From Lama guanicoe (Eukaryota): a stretch of 64,000 nucleotides of DNA. The notes under the pieces were generated by a model. The model was not told the origin of the DNA. It worked only from the letters and a program-made list of their open reading frames with translations, and did not search any database. The number at the start of each line of letters is the position of its first letter. Position 1 is the stretch's first letter. Of this stretch, positions 1 to 12,696 are shown one piece after another. The translations under genes were made by a program, and so were the position numbers. The stretch lies in NCBI GenBank assembly GCA_013239625.1, contig MU056898.1:1765717-1829716 (forward strand), read 5' to 3'.

Positions 1-2872
1 TTAAGTGGAGTGGCAAGTGAAAAGGAGGGCTTCATGCTGGGAAGCTGGGCTCCGTCCTCTGGCAGTTTCACCCAGCGCCTGAGGGCACAGGGAGGTGATC
101 TGGGCGACTCCAGCCCCACCAGCACAGCCCGTGCAGGCGGCCACGTCTTCTGTGACTGCCACCCACACCCGATAGCTGGGCTTCCTTCTCTCTGGATAAA
201 CGCAGTGGAGTCTGTGGTTCTCCGAGAGGCGCAGTCAGCGATTTTCCACTGTCGGTGTTCCGGCCTCTGTCCTTGCCCTGAGAGAAACCTGGCACCCGGA
301 GGCTGGCGGACGTGGATTGGGCCAGGCCGGGCCTGGCATGCGGTGGGTGGGCTCCGTGCGGCCCCTCTGCCCCTCCAGCTGCTCGGAAGAGGGTCACAGA
401 GCAGCGTGTGGGGCTTCGCATTGTGCCCCTGAGGGCGTGCATGGGGTCCCCAAGGGTGGGCTCCACACTGGCCGCTGAGACGTGGATGGCTCTCGGGGAG
501 CGTGAGTGTGTGTGCAGGTCTGAGCGCGGAGGTACAGACACACGGGGGCCAGTGCGCCCCACTCCATGCGCCGGGTCCCGGGTGGAAGTCGGTCCCTCGG
601 CCAGGGGGCCCGCAGTTCCCGCGGAGCAGCCTGTGTTCTGGGCGGGCTGCTGGGACCGGACACGTGAGCCTCCTGGCGCACTCGTGGCCTGAAGCGTAAG
701 CTTGGAACGGGCAAGGTTCCCGTGTCCTCATGCATGGAGCCGAGTGCCCGCAATCTGTGAGGAAGAAGTGCACATGTGTGCTGTCTTCTGTCCTGCTGGC
801 GGCCCACGCTCTTTCCCACACGGCTCCCGCGCTCCAGTCCCTCCGAATATGGGGCCTGATGATCAGGACTGCCGGGGCTTGCGCGGCCTCGTGGAACTGG
901 TTTTAAAAGGAAAGCAGAACTTAAGAAGCACCACCGAGGGGGTGCGGACTGGGGAGGCCCCGCCGTCGGCTTGGAGCAGGGAGCTGGACCCCTCCAGGAG
1001 GCAGGGGTTGTCTCCACAGGCAGCTCCTTCCTGAGGGTAAGTTACTTGTGGAAAATTCAGTCCTGATTTTTGTCTTGGTTTGCTTGTGTTCGTTACTGGT
1101 GGATTAAACTGGACTTGAGAGTTTAAAGGCAGAGACGCACACTCCTGCGTGGTGGGGGCGAACAGCCAAACCATGTCGAGGTGTTTGTGGAGGGTGAACC
1201 CCCCTAAACGTGATGGGGAGGCTGGCGGGGAGAGGCCGGTTCCTGAGTGACCACTCGTGGAAGTGGCCCCATGGGGCTCTGGGATCCTCCCAGAGCCCGA
1301 GGACCGTAGGCAGGAACCAGGGGACTCGGGGGTGGGGGGCGTCCGCTGTGGGGGCTGCTTCTCCCCCCACCAAGGCCGTCTTCCGCCCCGTCTTCCCGGT
1401 GGCTGTGTGCCTTTTCCTCTGCAGGCTTGCACGTCTGGGGCGAATGGCTCTCCTCAGACTCCGTTCTGAGGCCGGGAAGAATCGCTGACCTTTCCCCCCT
1501 GACCTTTCTGCGTCTGGGTCTGGTGTTAGGCCCAGGGTGTCACTACTGGTGTCTCGCCTTTACTTGAGCTGACTTTAAAAACAGGTGCATGGAGTTGGGG
1601 GAGCAGGCTTGAATACACCTTTGGTTTTGCAGAAGGGCTCTGTCCCTGGGAAATGGTGGTGGCTTTCGGTTTAAATTCAAGTTGGAGCCTAGAGTTAAAC
1701 TGAGCCGCTGTGACTTGAGTGGGGAGTTTCACTTGTGGCCACAGACGGGCACAGTCTGCTGGGTGTCTCTCCTTCCTGCCTCTCCCGCGCTTTGTTGTTA
1801 AATGTGTAGACAGGAGGGAGGCACGGACAGCGTACAGGAAGCCACACCCGGCTCGGGGGGGCGGGCGCTCTGCCGCCACCTCCGTGCTCATCTTTGGACC
1901 TGAGCTCCGCACGTGTGCACCCTGAATGGTCGTTTGGTTTGTCTGTGTTTGAGCTCTGTGTGGTTGGAATTGCTTTTTTTTTTTGTATTTTGCTTTTTTG
2001 ACTGAACTAAGTATCATCCATGCTGCTGTCGTCCCCAGCCGGTGCCCCGGGGGACGGCCACCCGAGTGGCTGTGGACTTGGCGGTTGTAAGCGATGTGCG
2101 GTGAGCGCTCCCACGTGTGGGCAGTTTCTCTGGGGGGGAGTCGCTGGGGCTTGGGGTTCGCAAATCTTCGTCTCTGCTGGACGAGCTGCCGTGTCACCTG
2201 CTGCTGTGTGGCAACAGATGACTACAAATGTGGGGGCTTCGGGGAGCCGGCCTCGTGTGGCTTAGGGGCCGGGCCGGCCGGGCCGCGGCCTCACCCGAAG
2301 GTCCGCGCTGGCCATCATGTGAGGCCACGGATCCCTGCCCTCGCTGTGGCGCCTGCCCCATGCACATGGGGAAGGGCCAGGCCTGGCCTCTGCGACCTCG
2401 CTGTGGGAGGACTGCCCAGCCCCCGCCACCTCCGGGTTCTGGTCCCGCCTGCACACAGTCCGCCCACCAACACGAGCTGCGGCTCCCGACATGGCTGCTG
2501 CTTGGCGGCCTCGTCTCAGCCTGTGAGTTGGGGTAGCGTCTTACCTGGGCTTTCAGTGCTGGCTGGCCCTGGGTTGGGAGGTGACCCCGATGGAGCAGAG
2601 GAAGGAGGCGTCCGCGTCCGGGCTCCAGGTGCTTCGACAGGCGAGGGACAGGCGCCCCTCTGCCGGGGGCCGTCGTCCCTGACGTGGGCCCCCTGGCCTT
2701 CCGTCTGCTCTCCACACCCGAGGCCCCATCCTCAGCCCTGCTGCACGTCTGCGAACCCAGAACTCAGCTTCCTGAGTCCCCGTCCTTTTTTCCCCTCGCA
2801 GCCGCTGCCTCCCCTCCCATGGGAGTGACAGCGGCAGCTGTGCTTGGACACAGATCCTCGTTTGTTCCTTCT

Positions 2873-3960
2873 TGTTTTATTGTAGTAAAGTGCACTTCTG
2901 AGCTGTACACTTACAAGGGCTGAGATGGTAAATTTTCTGTTAAGTTCATTCACATCGTTGTGCAACTATCACCAGAAATGTTTTGTCTTCCCACCTGAGA
3001 CCCCTTCCCCATTAAGCACTGCCTCCCCCTCGCCGGACCTCCCCCGCCCCCGCCGTCCACTCTGTGAACCTGACTTTCCAGGGGCCCCATGGAGGTGGGA
3101 GCCACAGCATTCGTCCTCTGTCTCTCACATCCCGTGTCCATTCTAACCTGAGACATCCCGGCCCCAGCCCCAACCTAGTCACTGCAGAAGCCTCGTCTCC
3201 GCTCTGCTCTGCCCCTCCAGTTGGCCATCGGCGCCTGATCGGGTCACCCCCCTCCCCGGGTGTTCTGGCACCTCCCAAGCTCAATCTCGTGTTGATGCTG
3301 AGAATCCAGGGTCAGACCTGTGGGCGTTCCCTCACATCTTCTGTCTTGTGTGTCCCCAGTCTTCCACCCCGAGTCACATTCTCTGTCAAGCTGAGGGACC
3401 TGCCTGTCCCCAGCATCCTGCTCGCCTGTGTCATGAAGGGTGTTGCGTTCCATCAAGTGCTGTCTCTGTCAGCTGTTCTGACCACGTGGCCTTCCCCCCC
3501 TTCCCTGTCACATGTGGCGTACTACAGTGACGGAGGACTGAGCCAGCCTGGCGTCCCCGGGGGTCAGCCTTCCGTGGTGCTGGGACGCAGTCCCTTCCAC
3601 GTGGTGCAGAAGTCTGCTCGCCAGCATTTGGTGAAGGGTTTTTGCATCGAGATTCACGAGGGGCATTGGTCTGGGTTTTTCTTGTCGTTGAGCTGACCTA
3701 GCCGGGTTTAAGTCAGCGTACTCAGTGTTAATTATTCCTTTAGTGTTCGGTGGGATCCGCCGGTGCAACCCTCTGGGCCTGGAGAGTTAGTTTTCAGGGG
3801 TCTGGATCTCCTTCCTAAGTTTCTCTTAGTAGTTCTCTGTTCCCTGCAGACGCTTTCGGGTTCAACGTCTGTTTCTTTAAACGGGTGAGGGCTTGGCTGT
3901 TCCAGAGCTGCGCTTCACGGGCTGTCCCGAAGTCCCTGTGAGCCCTTCGTGCCGCCTCCT
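2873..3960 (-). mobile_element. Ancient L1M fragments (3' end plus ORF2 relic)
   Basis: ttcattcacatcgttgtgcaactatcacc resembles an L1M 3'UTR, and 3430-3785 aligns by eye with the L1 ORF2 relic at 52510-52920. Boundaries approximate. Confidence 0.7.
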
Positions 3961-4021
3961 TGCGCTGGTCCCCTGGCCAACAGACGGCGTCGCTGCGCTT
4001 GTTCTGTGTTTTCATCTTCAT

Positions 4022-4330
4022 TTACTTCTTCCAGTTCTGATGAGAAATAGTTGACACACAGCACCGTGTAGGTTTAAGGCGTAGAGCGTGACGATTTGAT
4101 TACATACGTCATGAAATGAAGACCACAGTAAGTTTAGCGAGCAGCTGTCGTCTCATGTGGATGCAAAATGGAAGAAGTATTCTTTTCTTGTGATGAGAAA
4201 TTTCAGGGTTTAACTCCAACTTTCACGTGAAACACACGGCAGTGCTGACGTGCAACACACGTGACATAATTGCGTTCCTTCTCCCTGTGTGTCTTACAAC
4301 TGGGAGTTTGCGCGTTTTGACGCCTCATCC
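4022..4330 (-). mobile_element. L1 3' end fragment (L1MA-like)
   Basis: gagaaatagttgacacacagcaccgtgtaggtttaaggcgtagagcgtg ... cttgtgatgagaa is typical of a laurasiatherian L1 3' terminus. Confidence 0.6.
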
Positions 4331-5934
4331 GGCCCCCGGCCCTGTTAGCAGGCAGCGCCCAGCGAGGGCGTTGGTGAGGGCATTGGTGGCTTCACGGCCC
4401 CTTACTTCCCACCCTGATTTCAAGCTTTCTTCCAGAGATCGGTCTGGGGAACCCTCCACTTTCAGAATTTCCATGATTTTAAGGTCTTGACTTCTACAAA
4501 TGTTGTCACGGTTGTCAGGGTGGGGGCTTGTGTCCCGCGGCGCCCTGTCCGGGCACCATGGGGACTGACGACCTGGCACCGCCTGCCTTCCCGGAGCTCA
4601 GGTGGCGGGAGGTGGGCTGTCCAGTCCGGGGGGGAGCCGAGGGGCGTGGACTTCATCACTCTGCTTCTCCCCTTGTCACAGGACTGGCCCCTGAAGGGGC
4701 GAGACGGGGACGGTGCCTGTTCTAGGAACAACTGTGGACTCTCTGCAGGACCCCCCACAGCTGATTTCTCGTGATAAGTTTTAATTGATCCTCCCACCAT
4801 GAAGGCTTAGAATTACAGTCTGGTGTTGGTGCTCTTTTGTTCTGTGTTCCTTTGGCTTTTAAAACCCTTTTCCCGGACGAGATCCCCCACCCACTAGACA
4901 ATGGCAAAAATCAGATTGCCTCAGAGCAGCTGGCTCCTTCTGCAACACTGGACTGGGCGTGTGGCAGCTAGGGCTGCGGCGGAGCCGGTGTGGTCCGTGG
5001 ACTGTGGTGGGGGAAGGGCCTTTCCTGGGGCTCCCCGGCCTCGTGGCGCCATGTCCGCCTCTGGCCTGTGTGGGTGCTGCTCTGCCGGCTGGTGCCCCTG
5101 CGTCCCTGAGACCCCATCTTGTGGCCCTACAGCACCTGTGGAGGGCTTGCTGGTAGGCCGGCGGGCAAGAGGGTCAGTGGCCTCTCTTCTTCCCACTCCC
5201 TGTCCTGGGGCCAGCCTGGTTGGCTGGCCCCCCCCCCGCCGGTCTCAGTGGGGGACTGTGACCAGAAGACGTGTGGGCATCTCTGCTTCTGCTGCTGCCC
5301 TGCCCAGCAGTGTCCCAGACGACTGTGTCACAAGCACAGCATCGCAGTGGGCCCGTGAGCAAGCACGCGGAGCAGCAGAGCCCTGGGTTCCTGGAGCTCC
5401 GAGCGGACGCCCAGTGACGGCGTCCCAGACCACGGGGAGCGGGTGCCTGGCTGGGGTGCTGACCTCGGCGCCCAGCCGGAACCTTCACAGGGCGTAACTG
5501 GCCTTCCTGGCCTCACGAGGTGCCGAGGGTAGTTTAGTAAGTTCGGCTGTAGTTTTGCTGAAGATCTTTTCCTCCATTTTTAATTTAAAAGCACATCGAA
5601 AGATACCCCAGCTTATTCGTTTCCCTCTGGGAAAGAAAATAAAGCTTGGATTGCTAGGCAGTTAAGTAAGAAGAGAAAACCTCAATTAGAAGATTGTAAT
5701 AAACGTCAGAGGAAGTGTCTAGGATTCCAGGCGGCTTAAACAGGAACATTTTCAGGAAATGCTTGCAGGGTGCTGGGCTGTCTCCCCTTCGTGGGCAGAA
5801 ACGGAGGTGCTGGCGGCGTCTGCTGCGAAGGCATCGTTGTCTGCAGGGACCAGCATCCAGGCAGGGAAGGCGGCCTCGGGAGAAGGAGGCCCAGGGCCCA
5901 GTCCTGCTCTTCCACACGCCAGCTTTCCTGAGAC

Positions 5935-6560
5935 ATGGCGTGCACTCTGCACGCTCACCCTTGAGGTCTGCACTTCAGTGGTTTTTAATGGGTTCACAGA
6001 GTTGTGTAACCATCACTGCTGATTTTAGAGCATTTTTTCCACCAACTCCCCCAAAAGAAACCCCATCCCCACTAGCATCCCTCCCTTCCCTCCCCTCCAC
6101 ACCCCTCCCCATCCCTCCCAGCCCCGGCACCGACGTCCTGTCTCTGTCTCTGGCTTTGCCCACCTGGGTGGTTCGTGCCAACTGGCTCCTGCATCATGGT
6201 CGTGGTATCTGACTTCCCCCCGAGCATCGTGCGATCAGAGTTCCTCCGAGTCACCGCTGGCGTCAGTGCCTCCTTCCCCGGCCAAACCGCTGTCCGTGGT
6301 GCAGACGGACCACAGCTTGTTTGCCGAGCAGCTGCCGACTGATGGCCGTTGCTTCCCCCGCTGGCCGTTGTGCCCGGACGTCCGTGCACAAGGGCTTGTC
6401 TGAGCGCCTGCTCCCGTCCCTTCGAGTCTGAGGCTGAGTGTGGAGCTGACCCTCCGCACGGCACTTTGACGCTTACAGCACTCGCACCCCTCTTTCCGTG
6501 CGTCTCCCCGGCCACAGGGGCTGACGTGTTCCCTAGAGGGGGGATCACCTCTCGTCCCCA
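5935..6560 (-). mobile_element. Ancient L1MB-like 3' fragment
   Basis: ttcagtggtttttaatgggttcacagagttgtgtaaccatcac ... ccccaaaagaaacccc, followed by degenerate L1 3'UTR sequence. Confidence 0.65.
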
Positions 6561-8167
6561 AGGCAGCTCGGCCCAGGCAGGTGCGTGTGGGTGTGACACT
6601 TTGATCCTCGGGCTCCACGGCCCCCAAGCACCCCTGCTTGGAGCATCCTTCCTTGCAGCAGACCATTCTCCCCGGGGTCACATCCCTGCTGTGGGGCCCT
6701 CCTCTGCCTTGTCTTCGCGACACGATGCGGAGGAGTGCTGGCTCCTCCTGTCACCGCTTTGGATTTTCTGATGCTTCCCCCCAACTAGATTCAGGTTTTG
6801 ATTCCAGATTCAGACATGGAGACACAGTGCCCTCCTCGGGGACATGTCTGGTCTGCCTATGGGTGGGCCCCTTGTGAGCATTAAGAGCTGTTAGTTACTG
6901 CTCCCTGTGCTAAGTTGGCCGGAGGGGACAGCCCTGCTCCTCGTCCATCAGGTGTCCCTGGCTCAGCTGCATTCGGGGGTCTCCACCACGACAGTCATAG
7001 GTGACGACCCCCTCCAGCCCCCACCCCATCCCAGGTAGTCGGCATTTTGTTCTGAGCAAGACCAGCCCGCGTCCCCCCCGTCCACTCCTCCCTCCCTTCC
7101 CTCCCAGGTTACTGCATCTATTTCATTGTTTGTTTAAGTTAAAGTCGGTTTATTACTGGATGGACTCGTGGATTGTTGTTTTTTAATAGTTTGTTTACTT
7201 TTCGTAATTAGCCTGGTGGTCAGATAGCCTAGACTGGTCCAGTGGGAGCCCCTGATGTGGGTCCCTGCGTCCTTTTGGTGTGATCCTGCCGTGTTCATAC
7301 CTGCTGGCAGGACACCATGTTCAGCCTTGCCTTGGCCCTGCTTCCCTGCCTGAGGAGCCTGTTCCCGTGAGGGTGAGGGTGCTGGGAACCCCGGTCGGGC
7401 AGGGTGGGCCCGCAGGTGCTCTGTGAGCAGACGGAGCGGGGAGCACGTAACTGCGCGTCCGTCTGTCTGTGCGCACGCCCCGTCCACGCCTGTGCCCGCC
7501 GGGCACACATACACACCATGCGCCTGTGCATGCTCTCTCCCAGACGGGAGCCCAGTCCCCGCCCCGGTGCCCGGGCCCTGCTGCCGGCCCTCCGCCCTCG
7601 CACTTGCCTCCACGCTGGCGGCCCTGGTCCAGGAGTCAACACAGGCTGCTATAATCGGTCCATAGTGATTTCAGGTAGTTTCGGAGTAGCTTCAGCCACA
7701 CCCTGGAAAACGAGCCTTCCGTTGGAGGTTCGTCTGCCTCCCCCAGCCTTCTCATGACGGGGAGCCCAGCCAAGGTCTTAGGGAGCCGACAGCCTCCACT
7801 CCCACCAAGGGCACGCGAGCCATGGGACAGGGGAGGCTCCCAGCTGGGGGTACTGAGCACAGACGACAGTGGGAAGTAAAGTCGGTGCTCACGTCGGCAG
7901 CTGTCGCGGGCGGCTGTCATGTGCTTACAGCTCTGCACTTCTGGGCTCTTGGTGGGATTTAAAGAGACTTGCTGTGTGGGGGAGCGGGGTTTCCAGGAAA
8001 CAACCAAGCAATCAAATGCCTTGATTTTATCTTCTGGTGCCCCTGCCAGATAATTAAGTCAGCCTCCCTCAGACAAATGCTTCTGAGAAGGGCATGTGCT
8101 TGAAGGGGCAGGCGGGCTGTGCCTAGAGCCCGCAGGGGTGCAGACCTTGGCTCTGCGCCTCGGGAAT

Positions 8168-8385
8168 GGGGCCGCAGGGCCTTGGGGGATCTGGGCCGCA
8201 GGGCCTGTTGTGATCAGGTCGCAGTGCCTGGGGGGGATGGGGCCGCAGGGCCTGGGGGAGGTGGATCTGGCCGCAGGGCCTGGGGAGGATTGGGTCTCAC
8301 GGCCTGGGGGTGGATCAGGGCCTGGGGGTGGATCAAGGCCGCAGGGCCGGGCAAGGGGTGGATCTGGGCCTCAGGGCCTGAGGGG
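8168..8385. repeat. Degenerate G-rich minisatellite
   Basis: Recurrent ggccgcagggcc and ggggtggatc modules. Confidence 0.7.
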
Positions 8386-10099
8386 AACGGGACTCCCGAG
8401 GCACCTGGCCCAGCTTCCACCTTGTCCTTGGCCTCCCTGCAGCCCTGCTGCCTGCCCTCCACGGAGGGGCCCTCGGAGCAGCTGTGCAGCCACTTCTACA
8501 GATGAGGAGACGGGCTCCTGGGGCTCCGAGCAGGCACTGTGTCCAGCCCTGTGCCCCCTGGGCCCAGGCGGGGCTTCCTGGCAGGGCACTCGTAGTCTGG
8601 GAGTGTGACTGTCAGGTGCCAGAGAGGCAGGCTGCTCTGTGGCCTCGGGCGGACCAGGGACCCCTGGGTGGAAGCTGCTGCCCCAGGAGGCCCACGTCGG
8701 GGAGGCTGCCTGTCCTGGATCAGCACTTTGCGGCTTTTAGTTGGTCGGTTCCCACACAGAGATCCTTGCGGGGGGGGGTCTCTATTCTGCCCTCGCCCCT
8801 CAGGCGTCCCCTCTGAAAGGATGGGACCTGCCACCTCGATGGGCTTGCATGGCCTCCACGTGGCTTGCTCCCTGTGGCCCGGGGAAGGCAGAGCCACGGG
8901 GCAGGAGATGGGCTCGGTGCCGGGTGAGGTCTTCGGCGGTCAGGTCACAGCCCCCGTGGCATCAACACATGTACCTGCTGGGCTTGTCGGAGGGCCCAGG
9001 ACGAGGCCTCATTCCCCACCCCCGTCTCCCCTCCGCGCCCGCCACCACCTTCCCAGCTGGGGCAGGAGCGCACCTGCTTGAGAACCCCTGGTGTCGGGCG
9101 TGCTCAGCGCGGGGGCTCCTGCGATTTGGAGTTGCCAGGTCGGAAGGGGGTCTTACGGACAGCGCCTGTCTAGTGAGATGCTCCTGTCCTGGCCTGCAGG
9201 CCACAGTGCTTGGGCCAGGCCAGCAGGTCTCTCGGGGCCCTGTGCTGGGGCAGAGCCGCCCGAGGAGCAACGCTCAGGAGGGGGGGCCGTGTCACGGGGC
9301 GCCGGGTGCAGAGGGGAGGGCGTCTCTGACCCCCCAGAAGACGGGGTGTCTGTCTGTGTGCTTGGTGACGCGCGGGGGCTCCGGGGGACAGAGGCACGCT
9401 GGCCCTCAGCCCTGCTGCAGGGAGGGGCGTGTTGCGGGGGCCGCCGGCAGGCCTGTTAGTTTTCCTCTGAGAGTTGGGAGTTTCCGTCTGAAGTGGGACT
9501 TGAACCACTGGAGGCGGCACTTGGTAAAGGCAAATATTTACTTGGGGCAGATACTGTTTCTTGGAGATTTGCGCCCGTAAAAAACTATTCAAACTAAAAA
9601 TGGCTCATTTCCTGTCACTTAACGCGTTGCCTGGTGTCGTCCCCAGGGAGGCCCTGCCGTGTGGAGACCCAGGCAGCTGGGCCCTGTTTTGCTTGTGGTT
9701 CTGGGGAGGTGGGTTCCCTGAGCAGAGCCGGTGGGCGGGAGGAGTGTCAGCGCTGGAATCGGGAGCCCCCAGCCCGCCCCTGCGGCGCAGGGAGCGCCCT
9801 GAGCTCCTGCACGCGCCATGGATGAAGCTGGCGCCGCTGAGCCTCCGGGAGAAGTGAGGGCGTATAGTGCGCCTGGGATGAAGCTTATCTGGTGCCCGAA
9901 GATGGTGCAGCACAAACCCTGGTGTCTCCTGGTGCCCGGAGCACCCGGGGCTCGGACAGGAGCTGTTGGCTGGTGAGGGGCCTTGTTTTCTCTTTGTGAG
10001 GAGGGGGCAGTGCTGCTGCAGGGCCCTGTGAGCTCCCCCCGCCCTTGCCCCACTGGGGAGCAGTGCAGAGAACGCAGAAGACTCAGCACACGACTCCAT

Positions 10100-10105
10100 T
10101 TTATT
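10100..10105 (-). terminator. Probable GPER1 polyadenylation signal (AATAAA)
   Basis: tttatt on the + strand; the first canonical hexamer I found downstream of the stop codon (~550 nt away). Confidence 0.6.
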
Positions 10106-10651
10106 GATAGAGGCTGAATGTTCCCAGAGTCCTCACTGTTCCCTCCTTTTTACGCTGTGACGGGGCATTTCCCATTGGTCACCGTTGTCCTGCTGTGTCT
10201 GTAGAGGCGACTCCTCGCCCCCCCGCCCCCCGCCCGTGTGCTTTGTCCATGTTCGGCGGGGCCCCCACTTGTAAGTGGGGCAGAGACATCGTCAACGAAG
10301 GTGTCCTCCTCCTCGGATCAGGTCTGCGTGTGGCCGGATCCAGCTCAGAGCAGTGGAGCGTGTCTCGTCTCCAGGCTGCTTTTTCCCTGAAATGGCAGAT
10401 TTATGGGAAATCTACCTTGAAACTATGACATTTCACCTTGGTGCCCCCTCCTCTCTTCTTGTTGCCCGGCAGGCGGCAGAAATCTCTTCCACGGGATGGG
10501 CGTGTGCGGCGTGCAGGCTGGTGACCCCGCAGTGTGACCGGGGCAGGCGGGGCTCTTCTGGGAGCCGAGCAAAGTCGGGGCAGCTGGGCTGGGGTCCTGG
10601 GAGCGCGCTTGGGGGCAGTGTCCGCCTGGCCATCCTGCAGCCCTGCCCGCT

Positions 10652-11716
10652 CTAGACGGTGCTGCTGAACTTGACCTCTGACTGCTCGGTGCTGTCCGGG
10701 ACAACCGCCTTCAGGGCAGCGTGACAGACGCGGCTCAGCGCCGACACGCTGGTTTTCTGCTCGACGTACAGCCTCAGTTTGTCCCTGAAGGTCTCCCCGA
10801 GAAAGCCATAGATGAGGGGGTTCAGGCAGCTGTTGGAGAAGGCCGCCAGGTTGACGATGTGGCCAGTCAGCGGGTAGGCGTGGCGGAAGGACTGCTGGCA
10901 GGGGGCGGCCCCTGGCTGCGGGCGCTGCAGCAGGTGGACGCTGATGAAGACGTTCTCAGGCAGCCAGCAGATGAAGAAGACCAGGACCACGGCGAAGATC
11001 ATGCGGAGGGCCTTCTGCCTGCGAGGACGCAGGTCCCGGTGCCCCTGCGCCGAGACCAGCACCCGCGCGATGAGTGAGTAGCACAGCCCGATGACGGCGA
11101 AGGGGACGACAAAGCCCAGCGTGACCTCCAGCCACTGGACCTCCCTGACGTCCGCAAAGCAGAAGCAGGCCTCCTCTGTGTGCTGCAGCTGCACGGCGGT
11201 GAAGGGCACCAGCGTGGCAGACACGGAGGCCATCCAGATGAGGCCGCAGCTCAGCCGCGCGCGGGGCTTGGTGCGGAACAGGCTGCAGCGCATGGCCTTG
11301 GCCAGGGCCAGGTAGCGGTCGAAGCTCATCCAGGTGAGGAAGAAGACGCTGCTGTACATGTTGATCTGCAGGAAGAGCGACATGAAGGTGCAGAGCACGG
11401 TGAGGTCGTAGTACTGCTCGTCCAGGTTGAACACTTCGATGAGCGAGTCCGCCACCAGGATGAGGTCGGCCGCTGCCAGGTTGATGAAGTACAGGTCGGG
11501 GACGGTCATCCGCTCCCGGAAGCGGATGTTGACCACCAGGATCAGGATGTTCCCCACGAAGCCGATGGGGAAGAGGAAGACCGTGTAGAGGCAGGAGAGG
11601 AAGAGCCCGATGGCATACTGCTGCTGCTCCCAGAGCACGCCCGAGCCGTTGGCCAGCGCGCGGGGCAGGTCGAGGCCCGCGGGGCTGCCGTTGTAGGCGC
11701 CCAGCTGCGTCTCCAT
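10652..11716 (-). CDS. GPER1: G protein-coupled estrogen receptor 1 (GPR30), 354 aa, intronless CDS
   Basis: The translation matches GPER1 throughout: [48 protein letters not shown] and C-terminal PDZ ligand FSSTV. The track ORF starts at a GTG (11773). The first in-frame ATG is at 11716, in strong Kozak context (ggcATGg). Confidence 0.97.
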   Translation of the reverse strand: METQLGAYNGSPAGLDLPRALANGSGVLWEQQQYAIGLFLSCLYTVFLFPIGFVGNILILVVNIRFRERMTVPDLYFINLAAADLILVADSLIEVFNLDEQYYDLTVLCTFMSLFLQINMYSSVFFLTWMSFDRYLALAKAMRCSLFRTKPRARLSCGLIWMASVSATLVPFTAVQLQHTEEACFCFADVREVQWLEVTLGFVVPFAVIGLCYSLIARVLVSAQGHRDLRPRRQKALRMIFAVVLVFFICWLPENVFISVHLLQRPQPGAAPCQQSFRHAYPLTGHIVNLAAFSNSCLNPLIYGFLGETFRDKLRLYVEQKTSVSALSRVCHAALKAVVPDSTEQSEVKFSSTV

Positions 11717-12016
11717 GCCGCGGGCGCGGGGCTCGCGCCTCGTCCCCTCGCGCGGGGCCCTAGGATTTGCCACAGGGCTCCCAGAAGCCCTTGTTCAGTG
11801 GTGAGTCCATCCTGAGGAGGAAAGGTGGGGCTCTTTGACGTGAGCTAGACACGTGAGGTCGCAGCTGCTCACAGGTGGCACTTGTGCAATTTGAGTTTGA
11901 TTTGCAGAAAGTTGAGCAAATGGAGGAGGTGACAGTGTCTGCGTGGGGGGGCACGTGTGTCCGCCTGGCCTCTGGGGCGTGGCTGCTATGTCCTCGGGGC
12001 TCCTAACGCTGGGCAC
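11717..12016 (-). other. GPER1: GPER1 5'UTR portion of the coding exon (acceptor at 12017/12018; possible alternative acceptor at 11812/11813)
   Basis: Minus strand reads tgccctctgctctcgctcccccAG|gtgccc. A second candidate reads cctttcctcctcAG|gatgg. Confidence 0.55.
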
Positions 12017-12630
12017 CTGGGGGAGCGAGAGCAGAGGGCACAGGCTACGTGTCACTAAGGCTTCCAGCGAGGCGGGGTAGCTGCAGGGCTACGAGGCAGT
12101 GCAGGGCGCGGGGAAGGCAGGACCTCGTCCGCTCTGCTCAGACAGGTGGCTGTTGCCCAGCCAAAGCAGGAGGATCAGAAAACACCCCCTTCTCCCCCCT
12201 GAGGGCTCCGGGCCGTTCGTCTAAGTGGAGGCCGATGTGACTCCTCATGCGCAGCGGGTGCAGGCTGGTGGAGGATGTGGACGTGGCGTGGAGGCCCTGG
12301 GAAACCTGTCGGGATTGGTCAGGAGAGGAGGTGAGCTGGTCTCGGCCACCGTTGGAAAGAGAAGGCGGATGGCGGGGGGAAGGCTGGCTTCTGCGAGAGT
12401 GCGCGAGTGCGCAAAATGAACGCTTTGTGGGAACGGGAGCAGAGCCTCTTCCTGACAATCAAATGGATCAGAAAGGGAGCTTTTTTGCTAATCCTAAGTT
12501 TGGGTGCTGAAAGTGAAACTTTTTTCATAATATGAAACGAAAAAGAGGACGTAAGGAATAAAAATAGTAATTACTTTAGAAAATAATATTAAAATTTTTT
12601 CCATGTTTTGACAAATTATTGTAAAATCAT

Positions 12631-12656
12631 TTCCTTTTCCTTTTCTTTTTCTTTTT

Positions 12657-12692
<36 letters not shown>
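12631..12692. repeat. Poly(T)/pyrimidine tract
   Basis: (TTTTC)n grading into more than 30 consecutive T. Confidence 0.95.

Positions 12693-12696
<4 letters not shown>

Noticed and set aside
10721-11815. + strand ORFs antisense to GPER1 (likewise 34550-34927 over GPR146)
   Set aside because: Mirror ORFs arising from high-GC3 codon usage.
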